Shown in pieces: positions 9,744 to 18,982 of a stretch of DNA of 64,000 nt; position 1 is the stretch's first letter, and every line of letters begins with the position of its first letter. Position numbers and translations under genes: made by a program. Below the pieces are notes generated by a model that saw nothing but the letters and a program-made list of their open reading frames with translations, did not search any database and was not told the origin of the DNA. Source of the stretch: Candidatus Multivorans sp. (GTDB taxonomy: Bacteria > Acidobacteriota > Thermoanaerobaculia > Multivoradales > Multivoraceae); NCBI GenBank assembly GCA_965247095.1, contig OZ251997.1:1568001-1632000 (forward strand), written 5' to 3'.

Positions 9744-11743
9744 TGCGTCCTCACGTTTGCCGGCGCTCCACGGTCCGGCCGGCTCGCCTTGCTCTGGCAC
9801 TGCTGGCAGCCGCCTCGATGGCACCCGAAGCCTTCGCCGAGTCACGTGCGGAAAACGCCGAGTGGCGGCACCATGGCCGCGACCACGCCTTTACCCGCTA
9901 CTCGCCGCTCGACCAGATCGATGCTGCGAACTTCGAGCAGCTCGAGGTGGCCTGGCGCTGGAAGTCGGCCGATCACCACCTGAGGGAGGAGCCGGGAACC
10001 TTCCGCGGGTCGGCGCTCATGATCGGCGGCCGTGTCTACATGGCGACCAACCTCTGGCAGATCGCGGCCCTTGACGCCGCGTCTGGCGAGGAGCTCTGGA
10101 TCTACGATCCCGGGAGCTACGAGCTCCCGCAAGGCTACGGCGCCACTCCCCGAGGCCTCGAGTACTGGACCGACGGCGAAGCGGAGCGCATTCTCTTCAT
10201 TACCAGCGGAAAGCAACTGATTTCGCTGGATCTAGCGACCGGACGCCCCGACCCCGCCTTCGGAGAAGACGGCATCGTCGACCTGTCAGATGACAGGCTG
10301 GGCCGCGAGGAGGTCTTCCAGCGGGACATCAGCGCCGGCTCGCCCGGAATCGTGATTCGAGACACGTTCGTCGTGGGCTCGCGAATCGCCGACGCACCGG
10401 CGACGAAGCAGGGTCTTCCGCCGGGCCACGTACGGGCCTACGACGTGCGTACCGGCGAGCCGAAGTGGCGCTTCCACACCATCCCGCAGGAGGGCGAGGA
10501 GTTCACCGAGACGTGGGAGAACGACTCCTGGAAGTGGATTGGCGGCGCCAACGTCTGGGGAGCGATGGCCGGCGACGAGGAGCTCGGCTACATCTACATC
10601 CCCACCACCACGCCGACCGGCAACCTCTGGGGCGGTCACCGGCCCGGCGACAACGTCTACGCCGAGAGCCTGCTCTGCGTCAACGCCAACACCGGCGAGC
10701 GCGTCTGGCACTTCCAGGCCGTTCATCACGGCATCTGGGACTGGGACATCGCCTCCGCCCCCGTTCTCGCCGACGTCGTGATCGACGGCCGGTTACGGAA
10801 GATCGTCGCCCAGGTGTCCAAGACGGCCTTCGCCTACGTCTTCGACCGGGTCACGGGCGAGCCCATCTGGCCGATCGAAGAGCGTCCGGTGCCGCAGACC
10901 ACGGTGCCCGGGGAGTGGACGGCGCCGACCCAGCCCTTTCCGACCAGACCGGCTGCCTTCGATCTCCAGGGCGTGACGATCGACGATCTCATCGACTTCA
11001 CGCCTGAACTGCGAAAGGAGGCGCTCGAGATTGCCGGGGAGTTCCTCCTGGGACCGATGTTCACGCCTCCTATCGTCCTGGGTGAGGGAGGGAAACAGGC
11101 GACGCTCGCGGTGCCGGGGATGGCGGGTGGAGCGAATCATCCCGGCGCCTCGCTCGATCCCATGACCGGCGTCCTCTACGTCCAGTCGCGAACGCAGCCG
11201 ACCGCGGTGGCGGTCGCGCCGCCGGACCCGGCGCGCAGCGAGTGGAGATGGGTAAGCCGTGGCGGTCGTGTCGGAAGTCCCCAGGGACTGCCGCTCGTCA
11301 AGCCTCCGTATCAGCGCATCACGGCCATCGATCTGGGCACCGGCGAGCATGCCTGGATGGCGCCGTTCGGCGAGGGACCGACCGACCACCCTGCCATCGA
11401 GCATCTCGAACTCGGCCCTCTCGGCAGCCGCCCCTCGAGCGGCAACCGCGAAGGCGGGCTTCTCATCACCAGGACCCTGCTCATCACCTATGTGCCGAAC
11501 TGGCCGAGTTGGGACGCTCGCGCCGCCAAGGGCAGCCACCTCCAGGCCTACGACAAAGCCACCGGCAAGCTCCTGGCGGAGGTGGAGACCGAGGCCACCC
11601 TGCACGGAGTACCGATGACCTACCTGCAGCAGGGCCGCCAGTACATCGTCGTGCCTGCCGGCGGCAAGGTGGTCTCGAGAAGCGCGCGCAGCGGCCCGGA
11701 GACGGCTCAGCTCGTGGCCTTCGCCCTGCCGGCCGCGCGTTGA
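9743..11743 (+). CDS. Soluble PQQ-dependent dehydrogenase, copy B
   Basis: TGATG coupling; same motifs as copy A (HHGIWDWD, PMTYLQQGRQYI). Confidence 0.9.
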   Translation: MRPHVCRRSTVRPARLALALLAAASMAPEAFAESRAENAEWRHHGRDHAFTRYSPLDQIDAANFEQLEVAWRWKSADHHLREEPGTFRGSALMIGGRVYMATNLWQIAALDAASGEELWIYDPGSYELPQGYGATPRGLEYWTDGEAERILFITSGKQLISLDLATGRPDPAFGEDGIVDLSDDRLGREEVFQRDISAGSPGIVIRDTFVVGSRIADAPATKQGLPPGHVRAYDVRTGEPKWRFHTIPQEGEEFTETWENDSWKWIGGANVWGAMAGDEELGYIYIPTTTPTGNLWGGHRPGDNVYAESLLCVNANTGERVWHFQAVHHGIWDWDIASAPVLADVVIDGRLRKIVAQVSKTAFAYVFDRVTGEPIWPIEERPVPQTTVPGEWTAPTQPFPTRPAAFDLQGVTIDDLIDFTPELRKEALEIAGEFLLGPMFTPPIVLGEGGKQATLAVPGMAGGANHPGASLDPMTGVLYVQSRTQPTAVAVAPPDPARSEWRWVSRGGRVGSPQGLPLVKPPYQRITAIDLGTGEHAWMAPFGEGPTDHPAIEHLELGPLGSRPSSGNREGGLLITRTLLITYVPNWPSWDARAAKGSHLQAYDKATGKLLAEVETEATLHGVPMTYLQQGRQYIVVPAGGKVVSRSARSGPETAQLVAFALPAAR

Positions 11744-11772
11744 CCAACGCCAGAGAGCCGGAAAGGAGCGAC

Positions 11773-13911
11773 ATGAGTGGCGGACCCGAATCGTTTCGAT
11801 GGGCGATGCTCTCCCTCGGTGTCGCGGCCTGCGGCTGCGCGACACCCGCGCCGGACGAAGCGGCAGCGCCGGCGCCGTCTCCGTCGCGGCCCAACGTCAT
11901 TCTGATGATGAGCGACGACCAGGGATGGGGCGCCGTCGAGTACTCACAGCAACTCGCACCCGGAAACGTCTTTCCGGGCCATCCCGAGATCAAGACGCCC
12001 AGCCTGCGAGCGATGGCCGAGGAAGGGCTCCAGTTTCATCGCATGTATTCGGGCGGCTCGGTGTGCAGCCCGACACGGGCCTCCTTCGTCACCGGCCGGG
12101 CGCCGCGCCGCAACACCGTCGACTGGGCGTACAACGACGGTCTCCGCAACCTCGAGCTGACGCTGGCCGAGCTCGCCAGGACCCAGGGCTACACGACCGG
12201 ACACTTCGGCAAGTGGCACCTTGGCGATCTCACCAGGACGCTGCAGGACAGGAACGGCGGCGAGTTCTACTCGCCGCCCTGGAGCCACGGCTACGACCGC
12301 GTCTGGGCGAGCGAGCAGGCACTGCCGACCTTCGAGCCGATGAAGGTGGATCCCCTGGGACCGCTCCCCAGCGAGGGCAACTTCCACGGCGGCCGCTACT
12401 ACACCGGCCCCGGGGAGCACGTGGATCCCGACTCGCCGGAGCTGCGCGGCGACGCCTCGGCGATCATCATCCGCGAGACGCTGCGGTTCGTCGACGACGC
12501 GGTCGCGGCAGAGCGTCCCTTCCTCGCCGTCGTCTGGCTCCATGCGCCCCATGGCCCGCACCGTCTCAACCAGGCGACGCTCGACGAGTTCTACACGCCG
12601 GAGGAGCAGGCGCAGTGGAACGAGTACGAGGCGCGCTACTACTCCAGCATCACGGCGATGGATAGAGAGATCGGCCGCCTGCGGACGCATCTTCGCGAGC
12701 TCGGCATCGAAAGCGAAACGCTGGTGGCCTTCACGTCCGACAACGGCCAGTCGGGCTCGGTGAGGATGGAGTTCGAGAGCGAGGGCAAGGGTGGCCTGCG
12801 GGGTTCCAAGGGCAACCTCTGGGAAGGCGGAGTCCGGGTGCCGGGCATCGTCGAGTGGCCGGGACGGATCGCCCCGGGCGAAACCTCGACACCGATGACA
12901 ACCAGCGACTACCTGCCGACGCTCCTGGACATCTGGGGAATCGAGCTGCCAGACGCGCGTCCGCTCGACGGTGAGTCGATGACCGAGGTCCTCTTCGGTG
13001 ATCGCTCGGCGCCGCGCAGGGGCCGTATCGAGTGGGAGGACTGTGGAGACCCGACTCCCACACGCGACGACGATGAAGACACCGACTGCGACAGCCGGCG
13101 TACCCAGCTTCTGCAGAGGGTCGGCGGCGAACGGTCGATCATCGACGACCGCTACAAGCTGATCTCCGGAACCAGCGGTAGAGAGTGGGAGCTCTACGAT
13201 CTGATCGAGGACCCGCGCGAAGAGACGCCGGTCGCCACCAGCGCCGATGTCGACTCGAAGCCGCCGGAGATCCAGAGCATCTTCCAGTCGTTGCGGGACG
13301 ACCTCACCACCTGGTTCGAAGTGGAAGCGGCCCGAAGCCGCGACGGCGCCGACTACGACACGCGCATCGCCTCGGCCGACGGCGTTTCGATCCTCGGCGA
13401 CGTCGGCGACGACACGGTCCCCGACGATCTCTCCGCCAGCCGCCGCACGGAGAACGATCGGCCCGAGCTGGTGGTCGAGCGCCAGTTCGTCACCCTCGAG
13501 GAGGATCTGAAAGTCGAAAGCGACGGCACGCCCGCCGCCTACGATGCGAACCACCTGCCGGCAGGAGCGACGATCGCGCGCGGCACGGTGGTCCACAGCT
13601 TCCTCCTGCACTTCGCCCCTGCCGCGACCGCCGGAATCACCGGCGTCGAGATCGAGCTCGACGATCCGATTCTCGGCGTTGTCGCAAGCTCGGCCGGCCT
13701 CGCCGCCAGCGACTTCCTCGCCTTTGCCGACCCCGAATTCGGCGCCTCGGCCGATCGCGGCGCCCTCGTCGGCGAGTCCGACTCAGACGGCTGGAAGGTC
13801 CTCGCCGACGGGACCACGATCGTCATCGACGTCCACGCCGGCGCCGAAGGCGTGGATCAGTTGCGGATCCTCACCAAAGCCGCGCTGCAGCGCACCGAAC
13901 TCGAGGGATAA
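11773..13911 (+). CDS. Lipoprotein arylsulfatase with extra C-terminal domain, copy B
   Basis: AAGGAG SD; lipobox AACGC; CSPTR, GKWHLG, SDNG, WEGGVRVP. Confidence 0.92.
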   Translation: MSGGPESFRWAMLSLGVAACGCATPAPDEAAAPAPSPSRPNVILMMSDDQGWGAVEYSQQLAPGNVFPGHPEIKTPSLRAMAEEGLQFHRMYSGGSVCSPTRASFVTGRAPRRNTVDWAYNDGLRNLELTLAELARTQGYTTGHFGKWHLGDLTRTLQDRNGGEFYSPPWSHGYDRVWASEQALPTFEPMKVDPLGPLPSEGNFHGGRYYTGPGEHVDPDSPELRGDASAIIIRETLRFVDDAVAAERPFLAVVWLHAPHGPHRLNQATLDEFYTPEEQAQWNEYEARYYSSITAMDREIGRLRTHLRELGIESETLVAFTSDNGQSGSVRMEFESEGKGGLRGSKGNLWEGGVRVPGIVEWPGRIAPGETSTPMTTSDYLPTLLDIWGIELPDARPLDGESMTEVLFGDRSAPRRGRIEWEDCGDPTPTRDDDEDTDCDSRRTQLLQRVGGERSIIDDRYKLISGTSGREWELYDLIEDPREETPVATSADVDSKPPEIQSIFQSLRDDLTTWFEVEAARSRDGADYDTRIASADGVSILGDVGDDTVPDDLSASRRTENDRPELVVERQFVTLEEDLKVESDGTPAAYDANHLPAGATIARGTVVHSFLLHFAPAATAGITGVEIELDDPILGVVASSAGLAASDFLAFADPEFGASADRGALVGESDSDGWKVLADGTTIVIDVHAGAEGVDQLRILTKAALQRTELEG

Positions 13912-13921
13912 AGGGAGGACG

Positions 13922-15073
13922 ATGCGGCGACTCATCCCAGAGACTCGTTGGCTGACCAGGGCAGCGGTAGTGCTCGCCGCCAGCATCGTTGCAGCGGCCG
14001 CGCCGGCCAGGGAGAGCGACGTTCCGCGAATGCCCAGCGGCGCGCCGGATCTCTCCGGCACGTACACCATCAACACGCTGACGCCTTTCGTGCGCAATCC
14101 GGAGTACGGCAACGACCCGTACATGAGCACGGACGACGCCAGGAGAATCGAGCAGGCAATGGCCGCAAGGGTCGCCCAACAAGGCATCCCTGGCGACCCG
14201 GATCGTCCTCCGCCTCCGGCCGGCGGCTACGCCGGCGGCAGGGTCACCGGCGGCAATGGGCTCAGCCTTCTCGACATGGGCACGATCGTCTTTACCGTTG
14301 ACGGCAGGTACCGGAACTCGGTCCTCACCGACCCGCCGAACGGTCGCGTGCCGGCGGTCACCGAGGCCGGAAAGAAGCGCCGCCCGGCTTTCACCACTGC
14401 CGATCGCATGGGCCCCCCGAATCCCGACGGCGCCTGGTGGATGGCGGCGGATGAAGTCGCCGGGTCGCGAGGTCGGGGCATCCCGACTACCGATGGGAAA
14501 CACCGGATCTTCGACGATCCGGAGCTGCTCGGCCTCTGGGAGCGCTGCATCTATTACGACCGGGCGACCATCCCTACCCTGCGAAGGGGCTACGGGGCCT
14601 ATTACGGCATCACCCAGACCGCGACCCATGTCGTGATCCTCGCGGAGCTGATGCACGAGGCGCGCATCGTCCGCCTCGACTCGAAGCACCCACCGGAAGA
14701 GGTTCTCTCCTACGCCGGCGACTCGATCGGTTGGTGGGAGGGCGACACCCTGGTCGTCGACACGACGAACTTCCGTCGCCAGGGCGTGGCAAAGGCCGCG
14801 ACCGAACGACGCAAGAACGTCGGAGCTCATTCGGGCGTGTCGCACGAGGGTCTCCACATCGTCGAGCGCTTCACTCCGCAGGAAGACGGCAGCCTGTTCT
14901 ATGAGTTCAGCGTCGACGATCCCGACTACGCGGCGACCTGGGGCGGTTCGTCCCCGTGGCTGCGCACCGACCAGCGCATCTACGAGTACGCCTGTCACGA
15001 AGGCAACTACTCGATGGGAATGACGATGCGCGGGGCGCGGCAACTCGAGAAGGAGTGGTCCAAAGGGCGCTAG
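13922..15073 (+). CDS. Exported hypothetical protein, 'WEGD...EYACHEGN' family (third paralogue)
   Basis: GGAGG SD; signal peptide, GAPDLSGTY, ERC, HEARIV, GDSIGWWEGDTLVVDTTN, YEYACHEGNY. Confidence 0.8.
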   Translation: MRRLIPETRWLTRAAVVLAASIVAAAAPARESDVPRMPSGAPDLSGTYTINTLTPFVRNPEYGNDPYMSTDDARRIEQAMAARVAQQGIPGDPDRPPPPAGGYAGGRVTGGNGLSLLDMGTIVFTVDGRYRNSVLTDPPNGRVPAVTEAGKKRRPAFTTADRMGPPNPDGAWWMAADEVAGSRGRGIPTTDGKHRIFDDPELLGLWERCIYYDRATIPTLRRGYGAYYGITQTATHVVILAELMHEARIVRLDSKHPPEEVLSYAGDSIGWWEGDTLVVDTTNFRRQGVAKAATERRKNVGAHSGVSHEGLHIVERFTPQEDGSLFYEFSVDDPDYAATWGGSSPWLRTDQRIYEYACHEGNYSMGMTMRGARQLEKEWSKGR

Positions 15074-15093
15074 CGCGGCAGAACTCCCGGAAG

Positions 15094-15140
15094 CCGGCGC
15101 TTCGCGCCGGATGCGGGCAGGATGCCCGCGTTCCCAGGTC
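15094..15140 (-). repeat. REP-like double hairpin, CTGGG family, between convergent genes
   Basis: Minus strand GACCTGGGAAC-GCGGGCA(TCC)TGCCCGC-AT-CCGGCGC(GAA)GCGCCGG. Confidence 0.75.
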
Positions 15141-15164
15141 AGATCGTTCTGCCGCGCTAGCGCC

Positions 15165-16448
15165 CTACCAGCTCAGCGCGCCGGTGCTCTGGCCGAACGA
15201 CTCGGTTTCCAGCCCCATGTGATTCAGCATGGTGACGTAGAGGTTGGAGAGCGGCGCGTTGTCGTCGTTGTCAAGAGCGACGTAGCGACCGTGCTCGAAG
15301 CCGCCGCCGGCGAGGAAGACCGGGAGGTTGCGGGTGTCGTGAGAGTTCGCGTTGCCGAGGTTGCTGCCGAAGAGGACCGCGGTCTGATCCAGCAGCGTGC
15401 CGTCTCCCTCGCTGCATCCCTTGAGCTGCCCGAGAAGGCTGCCGAAGCACTTGACGATCTCCCTCTCGACCTTCCTCAGTTGCGCGATCTTGTCCGGATC
15501 CTGACCGTGGTGCGAGAGGTTGTGGTGCGTCCCCGAGACGCCCGGAATCTTCGGCACTTCCCGCAGCTCTTGAATCATTACGGCGACGACGCGCGTCGAA
15601 TCGGTCTGCAGAATCAGCGGTATGAGGTCCATCAGCAACTGGACGCGGCCAATGAGGTCGCGGCGTTCCCGGATGTCGACAGGGGGCTCGCGGTCCACCC
15701 GCGGCTTGGGCCGCTCGAGCCAGGCCTGGGCCTCGGTGATGCCTTCTTCGGCCGCGCGCACAGCCTCGAAGTACGAGTCCAGCCGGCCTCGATCGGCGGC
15801 GCTGGCGCGCCGGTCGAGCGCCTTTCTCTGCGACCTCAGGCCGTCGAGGATGCTGCGTCCGTCGCCGAGATCCCGCTTCTGCCGCTCGACCTCGTCGGCA
15901 TCCCCCGTGAGGAACATCCGGGCGAAGAGATTGGCGGGACTGGTCTCTGAAGGCACCATGACGCCCCGCCTCGTGAACGACTGGCTCTGCGTGCCCTTGG
16001 CACTCCTCTGAAGGGTGGTGTCGGTACCCAGCACAAGCGAGGGAAAGCGGGTCACGTAGCCGAGCTCCGCGGCGGCATACTGATCGGCGGAGATACTGTT
16101 GCGAAAGCCGGCGAGCTCCGGGTGGCGAGCCCCGGTCAGCCAGGTGACTTCGCTGCTATGGGCCTGACGGCCGGTCTGGTCGTCGTGGGAGAGCCCCGAG
16201 AACAGGGTGTAGTCGCGCCGATGGTCCCGAAGCAGCTCCAGATACTCGGTTGTTTCGTAGTCCCGACCCGGTGTGGCGGGAAAGAGCGCCGGCGGGTGCA
16301 GGCCGAGTGCGTTGCAGAGGGTCACCATCCGCCGGGGCGCCGGGATCGCCGCTCGGGCCAGGGCCGGGCTCATCGCTTCGAGCAGCGGCAGCGCCAGGGC
16401 GACTCCGCAGGTCCGGAGGAGGGTGCGTCGATCGAGGGGCTGGTTCAT
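15165..16448 (-). CDS. DUF1552 (HXXSHH) domain protein, Tat signal
   Basis: DRRTLLR..GVALALPLLEAM, ISADQ, DSTRV, HHNLSHH, GTLLDQT..GSNLGNANSH..NLP. Confidence 0.9.
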   Translation of the reverse strand: MNQPLDRRTLLRTCGVALALPLLEAMSPALARAAIPAPRRMVTLCNALGLHPPALFPATPGRDYETTEYLELLRDHRRDYTLFSGLSHDDQTGRQAHSSEVTWLTGARHPELAGFRNSISADQYAAAELGYVTRFPSLVLGTDTTLQRSAKGTQSQSFTRRGVMVPSETSPANLFARMFLTGDADEVERQKRDLGDGRSILDGLRSQRKALDRRASAADRGRLDSYFEAVRAAEEGITEAQAWLERPKPRVDREPPVDIRERRDLIGRVQLLMDLIPLILQTDSTRVVAVMIQELREVPKIPGVSGTHHNLSHHGQDPDKIAQLRKVEREIVKCFGSLLGQLKGCSEGDGTLLDQTAVLFGSNLGNANSHDTRNLPVFLAGGGFEHGRYVALDNDDNAPLSNLYVTMLNHMGLETESFGQSTGALSW

Positions 16449-18982
16449 CGCTGCCTTTCCCTGAAGAGTGGGCTTTGGGTGACATTGTGGATGATCGTGC
16501 GCACGCCGTAGCCGCCCTCGCGGCTCTGCGCAACGAGCCGCGACAGCTCGTCGCGGTCGGCGAAGCCGATCTCGGCGCCGGTCGCATAGACGACAAGCTG
16601 CGAGATGAAGTGGCGCGCCACCTGGTCCTCGTCCTCGAGCAGGAGTCGCTTGTACTCGGCGATGCCCGAGAAGGACCTGCCGTCCGGGGTGACGCCGCCT
16701 GCATCCACGGGTGGCCCGTCCTTGTATTCCAGGATCGGGCGACCGTAGAGAGTCCTCGTGGGCGGTTCGCCTTCGCCGCTGGAGCGGTATCGCGTCCGGA
16801 AGCCGCCGGTGGGATCGAAGGCCTCCAAAGCGAATCCCGGCGGGTCGATGGCGCGGTGACAGACGTTGCACGTCGGGTCTCGGCGATGCTTGGCGAGGAT
16901 CTCGCGGATCGTCGTGGCGCCGCGGGTGTCGGGCTCGACCGAGCCGGCGTTCGCCGGCGGCGGGCTCGGCGCCCGGCCGAGCAGGTTCGTGAGCACGAAG
17001 CTGCCGCGGAAGACCGGCGAGGTCGTGGTGCCGTTGGCGGTGATCTTGAGCACGCTGGCCTGAGTCAGGACGCCGCCGCGCAAGCTGTCGTCGGGCAGCG
17101 ACACCTTCCGCATGGTCTGTCCCTCGACCCCGGGGATGCCGTAGTGCTCCGCCAGGCGGCGATTGAGAAAGGTGAAGTCGGAGTCGATCAGGTTCCGGAC
17201 GCCGAGGTCGCTTCTCACAAGCTCGGTGAAGAAGAGCCTGGTCTCCTCCTGGAGCGCGTGATGCAGCACCTCGTCGTACTCGGGATAGAGCCTCTCGTCA
17301 GGAGTCGTAAGCTCGATATCGTAGAGCCGCAGCCACTGGCCGACGAAGTCCGCGACGAAGCGCTGCGCCTTGTCGTCGTCGAGCATTCTCTCGACGTGCT
17401 GCGCCAGCACCTCCGGCGCCGACAGCGTGCCTTCTCCTGCCGCCGCGAAGAGTTCCTCGTCGGGCAGGCTCTTCCACAGGAAGTACGAGAGTCGGGTCGC
17501 CAGGGCCAAGTCGTCCAGCTCGCCGGGCTGGTCGTCGTGGTAGAGAAACTGCGGCGCGCTCAAGACAGCGCGCAGCGGAATGCGGACGGCATCGACGAAC
17601 TCCCGTCCGGCGGCGAGCGCGGGCCTGGCCAGGCTCGCGAACGCATCCACCTCACCTGCTTCGGCCGGCCGTCGAAACGCCAGCGGCACGAGGTGCGAGA
17701 CGACATCCACCACGTGCTCGTACGGGTCCTTCGTGAGCTTCAGATCGCCGGCGGGGTCGATGTCGATGCCGTCGAAGAGCCGGCGCGTCGACGGCGGCGG
17801 CCACCCATCGAGGAGCGGTCCAACGATTGTGAGCGACTTGACCGCCACGCCCTCGCCCTTGTAGGTCGCGGCCCCATCCACAAGGATCTCGCTGGGGTGG
17901 TAGAAGATCGGGTGATAGAGCCGGTTGTTGAGCAACCGCCGGCGTGCGCCTCGCCCCGTAGCCACGAGCTGGCTCTCTTCCGCCCAATCTTCGATGGGGG
18001 CGTAGAAATCCTCGACCTCCGTGTGCCACTCGAGGTCCCCCACTTCGGGGTAGAGATAGTCGGTCGGGTGGAGGAAGGTTGTGACTTCGAGGGTCCTGGA
18101 CTCCTCGTTCACGAGGTCGAAGGCGCCGAGCAACTTCGTGGCGCCACTCGGGTTCGCGCGAACGAGAAGGAGCGTCACCGGTGTCGACGCCTGGTAGGGA
18201 TAGGCGTCGACGGTGACCCTGTAGAGACCCGAATGCGCGACCGAGAAGCCGTTCTGGTCGCTCCTCGTCAACCTGGACGAAGCGGACCCGCTGGTGTTGT
18301 GGTGGTCGAGATCGATGAACATCACCACGGCGTCGTCGACCTTCTTGTTGACGCTCTGACGAATGACGCGGTACGAGTCGGGGAGATTCGGATAGTCGAT
18401 CACTTGCGCTGCGCTCGGCGGTGGCCCACCCAGCCGGATCGCCGCATCGAGCGCTCGGTCGGCAGCCTCGAGATAGCTGCGTAGATGAAGCGGTGAGATC
18501 CCCTGCTCGGCCGCCAGCGTGTCGAAGCCGGCGGACGCGCTCTCGGCTGGCAGCAAGCTCGCCAGATCCTCCTCGATCGAGAGCAGGTCCTCGAGGGTGT
18601 ACTCGTACTCGAGCCCCGTCAAACGGCGCGGCGCTGCCGGCCCGGCGGCCCGAGCCGCCACGTCCGCCGTCTCCAGATCTCTCTCGAGCGCACCGAGCGC
18701 CGCTTCGACGACCGCCCCCGGGGGGCGCTTCGTCCCACGAGGAGGCATCTCGCCCGCCTCGAGACGCTCGAAGATCCTCACCCACTTCCGAAAGGTCGCT
18801 CGATCCGCGAGGTCGTAGCCGAGGTTCTCGAGATCGAGCGGCGTCTCGGTGTCGGCATCGTGACAGCGAAGACACGAGACCTCGAGGAGACGCGCGACGT
18901 CGGCCTCGAGCGAACGGGCGGGAGCCGCACCGGGAAGGACGCAGAGCGCCGCGAGGAGGGCCGAAGAGGCCGCCTTCATCAT
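16445..18982 (-). CDS. DUF1592/PSD-domain protein with two c-type heme motifs
   Basis: CLRCH, RRLTGLEYEYTLEDLL, LATRLSYFLWKSLPD, FVGQWL, TSPVFRG, CNVCH..IDPPGFALE. Confidence 0.9.
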   Translation of the reverse strand: MMKAASSALLAALCVLPGAAPARSLEADVARLLEVSCLRCHDADTETPLDLENLGYDLADRATFRKWVRIFERLEAGEMPPRGTKRPPGAVVEAALGALERDLETADVAARAAGPAAPRRLTGLEYEYTLEDLLSIEEDLASLLPAESASAGFDTLAAEQGISPLHLRSYLEAADRALDAAIRLGGPPPSAAQVIDYPNLPDSYRVIRQSVNKKVDDAVVMFIDLDHHNTSGSASSRLTRSDQNGFSVAHSGLYRVTVDAYPYQASTPVTLLLVRANPSGATKLLGAFDLVNEESRTLEVTTFLHPTDYLYPEVGDLEWHTEVEDFYAPIEDWAEESQLVATGRGARRRLLNNRLYHPIFYHPSEILVDGAATYKGEGVAVKSLTIVGPLLDGWPPPSTRRLFDGIDIDPAGDLKLTKDPYEHVVDVVSHLVPLAFRRPAEAGEVDAFASLARPALAAGREFVDAVRIPLRAVLSAPQFLYHDDQPGELDDLALATRLSYFLWKSLPDEELFAAAGEGTLSAPEVLAQHVERMLDDDKAQRFVADFVGQWLRLYDIELTTPDERLYPEYDEVLHHALQEETRLFFTELVRSDLGVRNLIDSDFTFLNRRLAEHYGIPGVEGQTMRKVSLPDDSLRGGVLTQASVLKITANGTTTSPVFRGSFVLTNLLGRAPSPPPANAGSVEPDTRGATTIREILAKHRRDPTCNVCHRAIDPPGFALEAFDPTGGFRTRYRSSGEGEPPTRTLYGRPILEYKDGPPVDAGGVTPDGRSFSGIAEYKRLLLEDEDQVARHFISQLVVYATGAEIGFADRDELSRLVAQSREGGYGVRTIIHNVTQSPLFRERQR

